Assembly: GCA_963842945.1 (NCBI GenBank)
Contig: CAWJIM010000024.1
Coordinates: 192,001 to 256,000, forward strand
DNA: 64,000 bases
Reading direction: 5' to 3'
Origin: an uncultured Gemmatimonadales bacterium
GTDB taxonomy: Bacteria; Gemmatimonadota; Gemmatimonadetes; Gemmatimonadales; GWC2-71-9
The position numbers and the translations under genes are program-made. The notes beneath the pieces were generated by a model. The model made no database searches, was not told where the DNA came from, and saw only the letters and a program-made list of their open reading frames with translations. Shown piece by piece: positions 31,897 to 42,572 of the stretch; the first letter of the stretch is position 1; each line of letters opens with the position of its first letter.

Positions 31897-32622
31897 TCAT
31901 GGGGGCGACACCGCAATCTGCCGAATCGATATGCTCTTGTACCACGCCTCGGCCGGCGGCCCGTCGTGGATCTGAAGGCAGACTTTGCCGCCAGGTGGAA
32001 CGTTTCCCTTCTCTGTGAAATCCACGGTGGTTGCGCCATTGAGCTGCAGCCGTATTCGCGGCCCGACGGCGACCACGGCGATATCGTTCCAGTCGTCTGG
32101 CCACAGCACTCGTTTGACAAGCCTGCTCGGGGCAACCACGAGGAACCGAACCGGCTGGGCGGGATCGGGATATCGGTCTGGTTCTGGTCTGAACTCGTCG
32201 GCTAGACTACCCCACAACGGATATGGCTGCTCCAGACTGTCCGGAACCGTGTCGGACAACATTGCGATGATCCGGCCAGGGGCGAATCCAATGTCGGCTT
32301 GGTACCCCGCGACTTCGTTCGAGCCCGGAACACGTTGACTCCGAAAATGCACCCCCGCATTCGGTCCCGTGATCCGGGCGCTGAGCCGCAATTCGAAGTT
32401 GACGAATTCCGCCTGCGTGCAGAGGTAGGAGCTCTGGGTTACTGGCGTCTTCAGCGTCCCACCGACGATGGCACCGTCGACCACCCGCCACAAAGCGGTA
32501 TCACCCTCCCAACCGTCGAGCGAGAGGCCGTCGAACACCCGCACCCCACCGGGCGTCTGACCGTCGCCACACGCTCCCGCCACGAGAAGCCCTGCCAGCA
32601 TCAACAACCCGAGCCTGGTCAT
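31897..32622 (-). CDS. DUF1080 (3-keto-disaccharide hydrolase family) lipoprotein
   Basis: Lipobox AGAC, FDG.SLDGW, NFELRL, NAGVHFR, GYQADI, LQIH. Confidence 0.8.
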   Translation of the reverse strand: MTRLGLLMLAGLLVAGACGDGQTPGGVRVFDGLSLDGWEGDTALWRVVDGAIVGGTLKTPVTQSSYLCTQAEFVNFELRLSARITGPNAGVHFRSQRVPGSNEVAGYQADIGFAPGRIIAMLSDTVPDSLEQPYPLWGSLADEFRPEPDRYPDPAQPVRFLVVAPSRLVKRVLWPDDWNDIAVVAVGPRIRLQLNGATTVDFTEKGNVPPGGKVCLQIHDGPPAEAWYKSISIRQIAVSPP

Positions 32623-32637
32623 ACCCCCTCCGTTCAG

Positions 32638-32734
32638 CGCCCTACGGACCGCGCATCGGCGGCGGCGATTTCTTCAGTGAGCACAAGCCGGTGTTCCTTA
32701 AGAGTGAATTCCCTAGCTGCGCACGCATGGGGCG
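32638..32734 (-). mobile_element. degenerate attC site
   Basis: Plus strand CCTACGGACCGCGCATCGGCGGCGGCGA..GTTCCTT..AGCTGC. Confidence 0.5.
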
Positions 32735-33026
32735 AGCCCAACTGCCCTGCCTCGCAGAACGTAGTGTCCGTGGCCGTTGTCGTCGCCCCAAGCAGCCGTC
32801 TTCGGGACATCGATCTTGTCGATCCATGGGGTTGTCTCGGAGCTGAATGCCTTCGACGGGCCAGCGGTACCTGAGGCGAGGAAGATCTACCCGGCCCAGG
32901 GGACCGTAACCGGAGTCTAACCCCGGGGTGCCCAGGCGACCGAGCCGCAGGCGGGTTGACGGGAGTAGCGCCTACAGCTAACTTGCTGAACAGCAAGCAA
33001 GCTGCAACCTCTTGCACGAGAGCTAA

Positions 33027-33695
33027 TTGGATACAAGGTCCGACCGCACTCGCGATGCCGAACGGAGCCGAACCGCCATACTGGATGCGGCGGAGCGCCT
33101 GTTCGCCGAGCAGGGGTCCGACGCCACCAGCCTTAACCAGGTTGGTGCCGCCGCCGGTGTTTCCCGGGGCACTCCGGGCTACTTCTTTCGCACCAAGGCC
33201 GAGCTCTATCAGGCGGTTCTGGACCGCTCGCTGGCCGAGGTTCGGGAGGCGGTGCGGGTGGGCCGGGAACGGGCGCTGGCGAGCAACGAGAGCGCGGAGA
33301 CTATTCTCGCCGGCGCCGTGTCCGACTACTTCGATTTTTTGGCTGCCCGTCCGTACTTCATCCGGCTGATCGAGCGCGAGGCGCTGAGCAACGCGCCCCC
33401 GCCGGCCGGGGTGGACCATCTCTCCGCCGGGCAGGAGGCCTTGGCCGCGATCAGCGCGGAGCTGGGCCTGGACGACTCGCCGTCAGGCGAAGCGTCACAG
33501 CTGCTGCTCAGCATCATCTCGCTCTGCTGGTTTCCCCTGATCCACGGGCGCACCGTCGCGCCGGCGGTCGGCGTCAGCCTGAGTGACCCTGACGCGCTGG
33601 AACGCCGCAAGCATCACGTGATCTCCCTGGTGCTGCACGGTCTCCGCGGTGCCCCTGTTACCTCAACCTCCACCGAGCCCTCGACCCATGACTGA
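33027..33695 (+). CDS. TetR/AcrR family transcriptional regulator
   Basis: [25 protein letters not shown]...YFF.TK. Confidence 0.88.
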   Translation: MDTRSDRTRDAERSRTAILDAAERLFAEQGSDATSLNQVGAAAGVSRGTPGYFFRTKAELYQAVLDRSLAEVREAVRVGRERALASNESAETILAGAVSDYFDFLAARPYFIRLIEREALSNAPPPAGVDHLSAGQEALAAISAELGLDDSPSGEASQLLLSIISLCWFPLIHGRTVAPAVGVSLSDPDALERRKHHVISLVLHGLRGAPVTSTSTEPSTHD

Positions 33696-35583
33696 TCTTC
33701 TCACCCAACCGGTCCGGACTACTCACACTCCGTTGGCCACGGAGCAGGAAGCCCGCGAAGTCGCCGAGGCAGCGAGAGAGAAGGATTGGCAGGCGCCCAG
33801 CTTCGTGCGGGAGCTGTTCGAGGGGAACTTCCGGCTCGACCTGGTGCATCCCTTCCCCCAGCCGGATCCGGCCGATCTGGCCCGGGCCAAACCGTTCATG
33901 GAAAAGCTCGAGCGGTTCATGCGGGAGCGGGTGGACAGTGACAAGATCGACCGCGAGGGCAAGATCCCGCCCGAGATCGTGAAGGGATTGGGGGAGATCG
34001 GCGCCTTCGGGATCAAGATCCCGACCGAGTACGGCGGCCTGGGGCTGAGCCAGTACAGCTACACCCATGCGGTGGGATTGGTGACCAGCCAGGACGGCAA
34101 CCTCACTGCCCTGCTCTCCGCGGCGCAGTCGATCGGCGTTCCGACGCCGCTCAAGCTCTTCGGCACGCCGGAGCAGAAGAAGAAGTACCTGCCCCGCCTG
34201 GCGCGCGGCGCCGTATCCGCCTTTGCCCTCACCGAGAACCAGGTCGGATCCGATCCGGCGGCCCTGAGCACCACGGCGACGCTATCGCAGGACGGACGGC
34301 ACTACATCCTGAACGGCGAAAAGCTCTGGTGCACCAACGGCACCATCGCCGAGCTGATGGTGGTGATGGCGCGAACCGGCCCGAAGAGGATTTCCGCGTT
34401 CATTGTCGAGACTACCTGGCCCGGCGTCGAGGTGGTGCAGCGGCTCCACTTCATGGGACTCAAGGCCCTGGAGAACGGCATCATCCGGTTCACCAACGTC
34501 AAGGTACCGGTGGAGAACGTGCTCTGGGGTGAGGGCAAGGGCCTGAAGCTGGCGCTGATCACCCTGAACACCGGGCGGCTCACCCTGCCCGCGTCGGCGG
34601 TGGCCGGAGCCAAGCGGGCGCTGGAGATCGTCCGCCGGTGGGCGGCGGAGCGGGTCCAGTGGGGCCAGCCGATCGGGAAGCACGATGCCATCGCCCAGAA
34701 GATCGGACGGATGGCGGCCGACATCTTCGCCATGGAGGCGGTAAGCGATCTCGCCTCGCTGATGGCCGACCGGGGTAACGCCGACATCCGGCTCGAGGCC
34801 GCGATGGCCAAGATGTGGAACACCGAGGTGGGCTGGCGGATCGTGGACGACACGCTTCAGATCAAGGGCGGCCGGGGATACGAGACGGCCGACAGTCTCC
34901 GGAGCCGGGGCGAGCGGCCCGATCCGGTCGAGCGGATGATGCGGGACTACCGGATCAACCTGATCTTCGAGGGCTCCAGCGAGATCATGCGGCTGTTCAT
35001 CGCGCGGGAGGCGGTAGACACCCACTTGAAGCTGGCGGGCGACCTGATCGATCCCAAGGCGCCGATGGGAAAGAAGATTCAGGCGCTGCTCAAGTCGGGG
35101 GCCTACTACGCCTACTGGTACCCCAAACTCTGGCTGGGCTTGGGGTGGCTGCCACAGTACAGCGAGTTCGGCGCGCTGGCCACTCACGTCCGGTTTGCCG
35201 CCCGGTCCAGCCGCCGGCTGGCGCGGACCTTGTTCCACTGCATGGTGCGGTTCGGGCCCAAGCTGGAGAAGCGCCAGGCGGTCTTGGGCCGGCTGGTGGA
35301 GATTGGAGCCGAGCTGCTGGCGATCACCGCGGCGTGCTCGCGAGCGTTGGCGCTGGCGAAACGGGGCAGCGGGGCAGAGGGGCAGCGGGGCAGTCCGGAA
35401 GAGGCAAGAGGCGCTATCCAGTTGGCGGACCTCTTCAGCCGCCACGCACGCCGGCGGGTGGAGGAGAAGTTTGCGGCCGTCTTCGACAACGATGACGTCC
35501 GGACGTATGAGGTGGCGCAGCAGGTGCTCAGGGGCGAGCATAGTTGGATGGAGACGGGGATGGTGAGGGAAGAGAAAGCGTAA
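33688..35583 (+). CDS. acyl-CoA dehydrogenase (long, VLCAD-like)
   Basis: [41 protein letters not shown]. Confidence 0.9.
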   Translation: MTDLLTQPVRTTHTPLATEQEAREVAEAAREKDWQAPSFVRELFEGNFRLDLVHPFPQPDPADLARAKPFMEKLERFMRERVDSDKIDREGKIPPEIVKGLGEIGAFGIKIPTEYGGLGLSQYSYTHAVGLVTSQDGNLTALLSAAQSIGVPTPLKLFGTPEQKKKYLPRLARGAVSAFALTENQVGSDPAALSTTATLSQDGRHYILNGEKLWCTNGTIAELMVVMARTGPKRISAFIVETTWPGVEVVQRLHFMGLKALENGIIRFTNVKVPVENVLWGEGKGLKLALITLNTGRLTLPASAVAGAKRALEIVRRWAAERVQWGQPIGKHDAIAQKIGRMAADIFAMEAVSDLASLMADRGNADIRLEAAMAKMWNTEVGWRIVDDTLQIKGGRGYETADSLRSRGERPDPVERMMRDYRINLIFEGSSEIMRLFIAREAVDTHLKLAGDLIDPKAPMGKKIQALLKSGAYYAYWYPKLWLGLGWLPQYSEFGALATHVRFAARSSRRLARTLFHCMVRFGPKLEKRQAVLGRLVEIGAELLAITAACSRALALAKRGSGAEGQRGSPEEARGAIQLADLFSRHARRRVEEKFAAVFDNDDVRTYEVAQQVLRGEHSWMETGMVREEKA

Positions 35584-35611
35584 GCGGGAACAGCAACAGC
35601 GTGAGCGGGGA
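35578..35611 (+). repeat. GCGT(A/G)AGCGGG tandem pair containing the gene's stop codon
   Basis: GCGTAAGCGGG and GCGTGAGCGGG, 21 bp apart. Confidence 0.75.
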
Positions 35612-35618
35612 AACAAAG

Positions 35619-35697
35619 TGTCACCCCGAGGAGCGGTAGCGACGAGGGGGCCATAGCTGAATTCAGCTTCGGCCCCCTCGCTGCGCTCGGGGTGACA
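35619..35697. repeat. REP-like palindromic element
   Basis: TGTCACCCCGAG..CTCGGGGTGACA outer stem with inner CGAGGGGGCC..GGCCCCCTCG; half copies at 41676-41708, 46575-46596, 48188-48212. Confidence 0.7.
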
Positions 35698-35732
35698 GCT
35701 TATCTTTAGAGCGTACCGAACCGGGAAAGAAC

Positions 35733-36131
35733 ATGGCCATCGCAGAAGGCAGGACCATCCCCTTTGTCGGTCCGGAGACGATCGATGTAGCCGTACTGGA
35801 GACCTTCGAGTACTCCGGGCCGGACCAGGAGATCGTCACCGAGACCCGGGAGTTCAGCGCGGTCTGCCCTTACAGCGGCCTGCCCGACTTTGCCACACTC
35901 ACCATCAAGTACGTCCCATCCGCCCGCTGCGTGGAGCTCAAGAGCCTCAAGTACTACGTGACCAGCTACCGCAACGTGGGCATCTTCCAGGAGCACGCCA
36001 CCGCCCGGATGGCGGAGGATCTCTTCAAGCTGCTGGAGCCGCAGTCGCTCGAAGTCACCACCCTCTACAACGTGCGCGGCGGGTTCGAGACCAGGTGCAC
36101 GGTGAGATTGCCACCTCCGAAACCAGCCTGA
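35733..36131 (+). CDS. queF: preQ1 synthase (7-cyano-7-deazaguanine reductase), unimodular
   Basis: EFSAVCP.SGLPDFA, VELKSLKYY, QEH, RGG. Confidence 0.92.
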   Translation: MAIAEGRTIPFVGPETIDVAVLETFEYSGPDQEIVTETREFSAVCPYSGLPDFATLTIKYVPSARCVELKSLKYYVTSYRNVGIFQEHATARMAEDLFKLLEPQSLEVTTLYNVRGGFETRCTVRLPPPKPA

Positions 36132-36199
36132 CCGCATCCGCGTAGAAGCAGTAGGACAACGCCGCTGCCGCAAGCGGTGGCGCTACCAGTGCGCCCTCC

Positions 36200-36682
36200 T
36201 CAGCGTGCAGCTGAAAAGGCTTTTGCTCCTGCCTGCGCGACCTGGCCGTCTTGCTCCGACATCACCCCGCTCACCCCGATAGCGCCCACGACCTGATCTC
36301 CCACGAGCAGGGGAACTCCGCCCTCGATCGGAATCGCGCCGGGCAGTCGGAGCACGGCAGTCCTTCCGGACGCGACGGCATCGGCAAAGGCTTTCGTGGG
36401 ACGGCGGAACAAAACGGCCGACTTGGCCTTTTCCTCTGCCACGGCCACGCTACCGAGCTGGGTACCGTCCAGCCGCCGGAGATGCACCAGGTACCCACCG
36501 CCGTCCACCACGGCGATGACCACGTTCCACTTGTTGCGGGTTGCCTCCGCTTGCGCGGCGTCGGCGATCCGGGTCGCTGCTTCCAAGGTGAGAACCCTGG
36601 CTGCTGCGATTGCGCCGCGGCGTGCGCCGGGAACCGCGAGACAGCCGCCCAACATGATCCCTACTGCGAGTGTCCAGTGCAT
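36200..36682 (-). CDS. GlcG/HbpS heme-binding family protein
   Basis: VIAVVDGGG, KAKSA, GGVPL, GAIGVSG..QD. Confidence 0.85.
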   Translation of the reverse strand: MHWTLAVGIMLGGCLAVPGARRGAIAAARVLTLEAATRIADAAQAEATRNKWNVVIAVVDGGGYLVHLRRLDGTQLGSVAVAEEKAKSAVLFRRPTKAFADAVASGRTAVLRLPGAIPIEGGVPLLVGDQVVGAIGVSGVMSEQDGQVAQAGAKAFSAAR

Positions 36683-36770
36683 GCTTTCCTCCCAGAGCTT
36701 CAATGCGAGTCACGGCGGCAGTGAATTACTCGTCCTGCGGCACTACGGCGGTGGGCGCGGAGTGACGCCG

Positions 36771-37106
36771 CTAGGTCAGGTTCTCCTGTATGAAGCGCGG
36801 ACTGAGGTGGACGTCTACCTGGACCAGCGGCTCGTCTCCGATACACTTAAAGCTGTGGATCTCGCCGGCCTTGATCACCAGGATGTCTCCCGCGCCCGCC
36901 TCGAACTCTTCTCCGTTCACGACATAGCGGCCCCTGCCCTCCCTCAGGAACTGGACCTCGTCGTACGGATGGCGATGCGGACCGGGCCCCCGGCCGGGCA
37001 GAGCCCGGAGCAGGAACACCGAAATGTTGACGTCGCCCTGGTCCGCGCCGACGAACTGGTGTGAGCTCCCTTGGAAGGGCAGATCCTGCTGACGAACCCG
37101 ATACAT
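36771..37106 (-). CDS. cupin domain protein
   Basis: GPGPHRHPYDE, GEIHSF; GGAGAG RBS. Confidence 0.8.
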   Translation of the reverse strand: MYRVRQQDLPFQGSSHQFVGADQGDVNISVFLLRALPGRGPGPHRHPYDEVQFLREGRGRYVVNGEEFEAGAGDILVIKAGEIHSFKCIGDEPLVQVDVHLSPRFIQENLT

Positions 37107-37162
37107 GCCGGCGCTCTCCTCGAGTTGGAGCGGTCAATTCACCAGGGGAATGTAGGCATGCC

Positions 37163-38226
37163 TCAGGTGACTGATAACGAAACCGGAACGCCGAGGAAGC
37201 GCTGGTAGCGCGTCACCGCTTGCGCCAGTCGGCGCCGCTCGAGCAGGGTGAGTCGCCTCAGCGGCCGAACGTGCACTACCAACCCCTTTGGCCTCTGGAT
37301 CGTTGTCCAGGTGCCCGCCACCTGCCCGCCGACCAGGAGCGCGTGCTGAAAGTCGCCCAGCACATACGCCGGCCGGGGCACCACCCGATGATCGCGGTAG
37401 GCGACCAGATATTCGTCGTAGATCGGTAGGAGATGCACACCCGATCCTGGAGCGCGGAACGCGGGCCGGTTCCCGGGGCAGGCTCCAGTAGTTCAAGCCG
37501 TCCACCGCCCGTGCGCTGCGCCCGGGTCATCTCCAGACCGCGTCGGGCATCGCGGTGCTCGAGGCCGGACCACCAGACGAAGTCGCGAAGCGTCGCCGGC
37601 CCATGGCTCCTCAAATACCGCCGAGTCAGCTCGGCGAGCGCCTCGTCGCGATCGAACCGAGGCGCGGCCGGGGCGCGATCGGCGAGCAGCGCATAGGTGG
37701 ATTGCTTGCCCCGGCGACGGCCGCTGCAGATGACTCCCCCAGCTCGGCATGCATCACAACGTGCGCCAGCTCCCTGGTTCCCGCAGGCAAGCCCGCCCGC
37801 GCGAGCTCGGCGCCCAGCTCGCGCCGCGTCAGAGTGACCCCGGTCGCCCAGCGCCCGTTCGATGATTCCTGTCGCGCGGGTCATTATGCCGGCATCGAGC
37901 CCGAGCTGGCGGTCGTAGGTCGCCATCCGGCGCTGCACGTGGGGTGCGGTGAGCTCCAGCATCCAGCGGATGTCGTCCCGGGCAACGAAGTGCCAGGTGG
38001 GACGCAGGATGTGAGTGCGGAGGATGCGGCCCTGCTCGATCGCGTGCTCGATCGCGGCGTCGGTCGCGCCTGTCGCCGAGCGCAGCGCGAGCCCCCACTT
38101 GGCGGGCCCGTATTCCTGGGCCTGCACCGCGCCGAACCACGCGACCATCCTGGCCGGCGCCAACCGACCGGGTCGGGTGATGCGCTGGTTATCAAGTCTC
38201 TGCTGGGCAATCCACGCGCTCAGTGC
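37163..38226 (-). CDS. winged-helix HTH_42 (AlkZ/YcaQ-like DNA glycosylase) family protein, frameshifted
   Basis: GAVQAQE (QxQ), RTHILRPTWHFV, YLRSHGPATLRDF.WWSGL, LLPIYDEYLVAY. Confidence 0.8.
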
Positions 38227-38979
38227 GCCACCCTGGTCAGGGTGACGATCTGCCCGGCATGACGAGCCGAATGCCAGCGGCGTGTTGCCAGACAATCCTA
38301 GGGTGGTCGATGGTAGCTCTGCTCGCTGCGCGGCACCTCCCGGCCGGTTGAAGCAGACTGTCCTCGGAGACGGCCCGGCAGATACGATACATGGCAGCCT
38401 CCAGCCGCCGGGAAGCCGAGCCAGCAGCAGACTAGCTCGGGACGGTCTGGGGTCAACCGTGCAGGTCCGCAGCAAGGGCTGCTAGCTGTCGGAGGTGAGA
38501 CTTTCGCCACCGAGATCGCGCCACAGCCGGTCGAGACTACCCGGCAGGTGGACCATGACCGGAACCGATAGAAATCGAATTCCGGGCCGGGCCCATAGCG
38601 GTGCGGGCGAGAGCTTCTCGGCAATGGGTCAGCACGGGAGCCTCTCCCAAGGGGGCCAGGGTGACGACCCGCGCGGCTTAGCAGCGGCTGAAGGCCTCGA
38701 CAGGACGACCGGCACGACCAAAGCCAGGTATAAGATGGAGGCCGATCGGTGGCGCAGCGCGTCAATGAAGGAACCAGGGTGCGATGGTTTCTCCGAGTGG
38801 CGGAATCAGTGCGCTGGAAGCTCACCTTCCGGCAGAGTCAATTGGCTACCATGGTGAGTAAGGCGGGAACCAGTGGTTGCGCGGAAGCATTTCGCTCCGG
38901 ATAAAGCAGGAGGCGTTGCTACCTTAGCCCCCGGGGCTGATCAGCTGGACGGGTTTGGTCGTCGCACGGCGCTCCGCGC

Positions 38980-39282
38980 CTATCTCTTGCCCAATATACT
39001 CCGCACCCAGTGCTCGATGATCGCTCCGACCAGCAACACGATCGCGCTGCAAAAGAGCACCGCCGGCACCAGTCCCCAGAACTCATGAGCATGCACCGCG
39101 AACGTCGGGCTTTGGAGCAACAGCCGGCCGACGATGACGATATAGGGCAGGCTCAGGATGTCCAGCCAAATGTCGTAGACAAACGTCCCACGCCTGGCAG
39201 CGGCATCCAAGTATGCCACCACGAACACGACGAGATAGATGGCCACCAGGAGCCAGCCGAGCCGGGATCGCATCACTCGCAT
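38980..39282 (-). CDS. small membrane protein (probable cassette)
   Basis: Three hydrophobic segments; degenerate GGTCCGTAAG core upstream. Confidence 0.55.
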   Translation of the reverse strand: MRVMRSRLGWLLVAIYLVVFVVAYLDAAARRGTFVYDIWLDILSLPYIVIVGRLLLQSPTFAVHAHEFWGLVPAVLFCSAIVLLVGAIIEHWVRSILGKR

Positions 39283-39318
39283 TGAGCTCGGACGCTTACG
39301 GACCCTGGAGCCAGTGTT

Positions 39319-39735
39319 TCATCGGGGCCGCACGAGGTTGGGCTTGCCCCGTACCCCAGCGAACACCACCAGCAGCTTGACCGGAGTCGATCCTCGATTC
39401 TTGCCGTTGTGCCAGGCATTAACAGCCTCGACGAATGAATCTCCAGCCTTATAGCTGTGGCTTCCACCGCCCTCTATCTCGACCTCGACCGCTCCTTCCA
39501 GCACGTAGACAAACGCCGGATACAGATGCAGGTGTCGACCCGTTTCGCCGCCCGGGCCGATGTCCACCCGCAATGCGGTGACCTCCGCACTGTCGGTCGC
39601 GGGATAGGTGATGCGTCCGCCTGCATTCGTGACGCTGGTTTGGAGAATGGGCGTTGACGAGAAGTTCACTTGGGCCGCGAGAGGTGGGGCCAGAATCGCG
39701 GCGACAACAATGGCAAGAAGCTTTCTCTGGATCAT
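39319..39735 (-). CDS. secreted cupin domain protein (cassette)
   Basis: Signal peptide; TGRHLH, YVLEG, WHNG; GGGAGA RBS. Confidence 0.8.
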   Translation of the reverse strand: MIQRKLLAIVVAAILAPPLAAQVNFSSTPILQTSVTNAGGRITYPATDSAEVTALRVDIGPGGETGRHLHLYPAFVYVLEGAVEVEIEGGGSHSYKAGDSFVEAVNAWHNGKNRGSTPVKLLVVFAGVRGKPNLVRPR

Positions 39736-39761
39736 GGGCGTCTCCCAATTCCAGGGGCGCT

Positions 39762-39861
39762 GCCTGACGGACCCGCCTCAGCTGCGGCGACTTTTCCACT
39801 TAAACACTACCTAAGGTTCCTTTGACCTGAGGCGCCCGCCAGCTGCATGCGCTGGTTAGGC
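39762..39861 (-). mobile_element. attC site
   Basis: Minus strand GCCTAAC CAGCGCATGCAGCTG..GTCGCCGCAGCTGAGGCGGGTCC GTCAGGC. Confidence 0.8.
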
Positions 39862-39887
39862 TGCGAGCAGCCGCGTCACATCCGAGC

Positions 39888-40295
39888 TCAGCTTCCGGCA
39901 GGTCCATCGTTCCAGATGTCTATCGCGCAACGCCAGGTCCCGTCCGGTTCGCGGCGCCATACCGTCACTGCGCGACCGTGGGCTGTCACCGGCTGCCCCT
40001 CAGGTCCCGGCATCGTGACGGAGTTGGTACTCAGCAGGTAACCCAGCTGGCCGTCCGGTGACAGGTTGGCTTCCGACGTAGTCCATGTGATATGGAAACC
40101 GGGGATAGCCAAGGCCCCCTCAACGTAGCTTCGGAGCGCCGACTTCCCGCTGAATGCCGGTAGTCCCGGCGCCAGCACCTGGGCGTCATCGGTCCAGAAG
40201 GAGAGGATGCGCTCAACGTCGCGGCCGGCTGATGAGAGGGCCGCCCACTCGGCATCCCGGTCGAGTAGTCGTTTACGCTCGCGTTCAAGATCCAT
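39888..40295 (-). CDS. NTF2-like DUF4440/YybH family protein (cassette)
   Basis: FWTDDA, VTVWRREPDGTWR..DIWN. Confidence 0.8.
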   Translation of the reverse strand: MDLERERKRLLDRDAEWAALSSAGRDVERILSFWTDDAQVLAPGLPAFSGKSALRSYVEGALAIPGFHITWTTSEANLSPDGQLGYLLSTNSVTMPGPEGQPVTAHGRAVTVWRREPDGTWRCAIDIWNDGPAGS

Positions 40296-40355
40296 CGGGA
40301 CCCGTCGGTTGCGAATGATGTATTCTAGTCGGAGTACTGGAGCTCGCGGCCTAAG

Positions 40356-40487
40356 GACCGTCACCAGGGCGTCCTGGGCCAGTTTTTCTGCGATGCCGAT
40401 ATCGCGGGTGACTCGGGCAATGGCGGCGATGAGCCGTGTGGACTCGATCTTCCACAGGGACTCAATCGCCTTAGGCACATCTTTCAT
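40356..40487 (-). pseudogene. N-terminal remnant of an ECF42-type sigma factor
   Basis: AIESLWKIESTRLIAAIARVTRDIGIAEKLAQDAL ends abruptly at a cassette boundary; downstream of YciI. Confidence 0.65.
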
Positions 40488-40539
40488 GCCTGCTGGATTA
40501 CGGCGTTCCGGTATTCACTGACGATGTCGCGTCGTCGAA

Positions 40540-41122
40540 CTATCCGGTCTTCAAAGGCCCGGCGACCTTGTAAGTACTGAGGATGATGCCGGACGGCATT
40601 GCTTTCGTGCTGACGAGCTCGAATGAGCGTGCCGGGGTTCCCTCCGCAAAGAAGCGCTTCCCCGTGCCCAACAGGACCGGATAGACGGCCAGCAGGACTT
40701 CATCCGCAAGCCCATGTTCGAGCAGCGTCGATGTCAGCGTGGAGCTACCCGAGAGGATAAGGTCCGGGCCGTCCTGCGACTTGATGCGGCGAATGCCCTC
40801 GACGATGTCCGGTCCAAGGCCCTCGAACGGGCCCCATTCAAGACTTTCCGGACGGTGGGTAGCGATATATTTCGTTGCCGCATTGAGGCCGTCCGCCATC
40901 GGACTGCTCGGCGCCTTTGGCCAGAAGCCCGACCAGATATCGTAGGTGCGACGGCCAAGCAGCAGATCGAAGCTCTCGCCATGCGCGGCGAGCGATTGCG
41001 TCCCGGCCAGCGGGGGTCCGATAGGGCGCGGTCCAGTCGCCGTAGGGGAAATCGCCGTCATCGCCGGAGTGCTGGATCACGCCGTCCAGCGAGATGTGTT
41101 CGATGATTTTGAGCTTTCTCAT
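40540..41122 (-). CDS. RibD C-terminal / dihydrofolate reductase family protein (frameshift)
   Basis: ISLDGVIQ, LLLGRRTY, GSSTL, PVLLGTGKRFF. Confidence 0.82.
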
Positions 41123-41136
41123 TTGAGTCTCGTAGC

Positions 41137-41544
41137 TCACTTGAACTTCACTTTCGCGATTTCCGGGTTCGGCGTGAACCCGTCACCGAAATCCTCGACG
41201 TCCATCAACTTGCGGATCTCGACCTCCGCCTCGCCGTTCGGAAAGACGTTCGGAGCGCGCTTCACCCACTCGATCGCTTCTTCCATCGACTTCACCTGAA
41301 TGATCGAGAAGCCCGCAACGAGCTCTTTCGTCTCGGCGAACGGACCATCGATGACGGTGCGCTTGTCGCCGCTGAACTTCACGCGCGCACCCTTCGAGGT
41401 CGCGGCGAGCCCCTCGGCGGCGAGGAGGACGCCAGCCTTCACGAGCTCGTCGTTGTACTTCTGCATCGCGGCGAACGCTTCTGGCTTCGGCGGAGGGCCC
41501 GCCTCGGATTCCTTCGTTGCCATGCCCATGACCATGAAACGCAT
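41137..41544 (-). CDS. YciI/DGPF family protein
   Basis: VIDGPFAETKELVAGF; AGGAGAG RBS. Confidence 0.9.
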   Translation of the reverse strand: MRFMVMGMATKESEAGPPPKPEAFAAMQKYNDELVKAGVLLAAEGLAATSKGARVKFSGDKRTVIDGPFAETKELVAGFSIIQVKSMEEAIEWVKRAPNVFPNGEAEVEIRKLMDVEDFGDGFTPNPEIAKVKFK

Positions 41545-41603
41545 TGTTCTCTCCTGGATTCGGTTCGTGTCGGTTGCCGCGCCCTTCGCGGCCTCACTAA
41601 CAC

Positions 41604-41630
41604 GTCGAACGAGACCGGTCAAAATCGACA
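41604..41630 (-). promoter_or_regulatory. ECF42-type promoter
   Basis: TGTCGA-17 bp-CGAC upstream of the DGPF gene. Confidence 0.6.
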
Positions 41631-41900
41631 CGAGCTTCGAGAAAGCCGTAAACTGTCGGGTTCAAAGAACTTAGCGTCATGCCGAGGAGTGAAACGACGA
41701 GGGATCTCCTGTACCGGTCGAGTTAGATGCGTCTCGGCCCCGACAGAAGATCCCGTATCCGCTGCCGCAACTGCTTGAGCCGTACTCGTGACGAAGGAGA
41801 CAAAGCGGCGGATGAGTGGCGAACATCGGGAACGATTAGCTGTCCAGAGTCTCGTGATTACAGGTCAATGGACTCTGCGAATGACGAAGCCCCGTTCGCT

Positions 41901-42002
41901 TTCTAACGGACCGCGCATCAGCTGCGCCGACTTGGCCGCCTGATCACTATCCGACGTTCCTTTGAAATGAAGCGGCCCGCCGGCTGCATGCGCTGGGTAG
42001 GC
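41901..42002 (-). mobile_element. attC site (slightly degenerate)
   Basis: Minus strand GCCTACC CAGCGCATGCAGCC..GCAGCTGATGCGCGGTCC GTTAGAA. Confidence 0.75.
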
Positions 42003-42019
42003 GGCGGCGAGATGCCGCC

Positions 42020-42409
42020 TTAGGACCTGGATCCGACGATGACCTGGCGGGGAGCCTCAGCGCTATCGACCCCTGGCCAGAGGTCACTATGCCATTCCAC
42101 CAGCGCCTCGATCTCAGAAAGCCGGACCCAGAGATTGCCTTGATCCAGCTTCGGATGTAGCCGTTCGATGTTCTCCAACTCCTCCCGTGATTCCACGGCA
42201 CTCAAGCGCCGCAACACGGTATCCAGGTCGGCTTGGGCTAGGGCTCGCATATCCCAGACGCAGAGCGGCACCATCTCCGCCTGCTCGTCGACCGCAAACA
42301 CGCGCTTGAGATAAAAGGACTTCCCAGAGCGAAGGATAAGCTCCAGCATCAGCGGTGGGATGGTCTGGTCCTTGGTCCGACTCAGGTACTCTGTGACGCT
42401 CAAGCTCAT
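42020..42409 (-). CDS. hypothetical protein (cassette)
   Basis: ORF bounded by GTTAGGC core (42459-42465) upstream and attC downstream. Confidence 0.6.
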   Translation of the reverse strand: MSLSVTEYLSRTKDQTIPPLMLELILRSGKSFYLKRVFAVDEQAEMVPLCVWDMRALAQADLDTVLRRLSAVESREELENIERLHPKLDQGNLWVRLSEIEALVEWHSDLWPGVDSAEAPRQVIVGSRS

Positions 42410-42572
42410 GAGCTCAACCGGCCCCGACTCAAGGAAGAAACGAAGTGGGTTTACCGCAGCCTAACTAGTAATTGGACCTGCGTCCCTAGGCAGTCTATCC
42501 GACAATTAACATCACCGAAAGCAACCTATCACGCCATCGCTGCTGGCTCACAGGCCCGCGGCCCCTCGGCTC

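Noticed and set aside
38230..38970. Genes or ncRNA in this gap (also 30473-30688, 32740-33020, 41710-41900)
   Set aside because: ORFs lack motifs and RBSs; probably decayed cassette DNA, so no call can be supported.
39888..40487. Single 199-aa protein from the ORF track
   Set aside because: It is a chimera of a sigma-factor remnant and the DUF4440 cassette joined across a cassette boundary.
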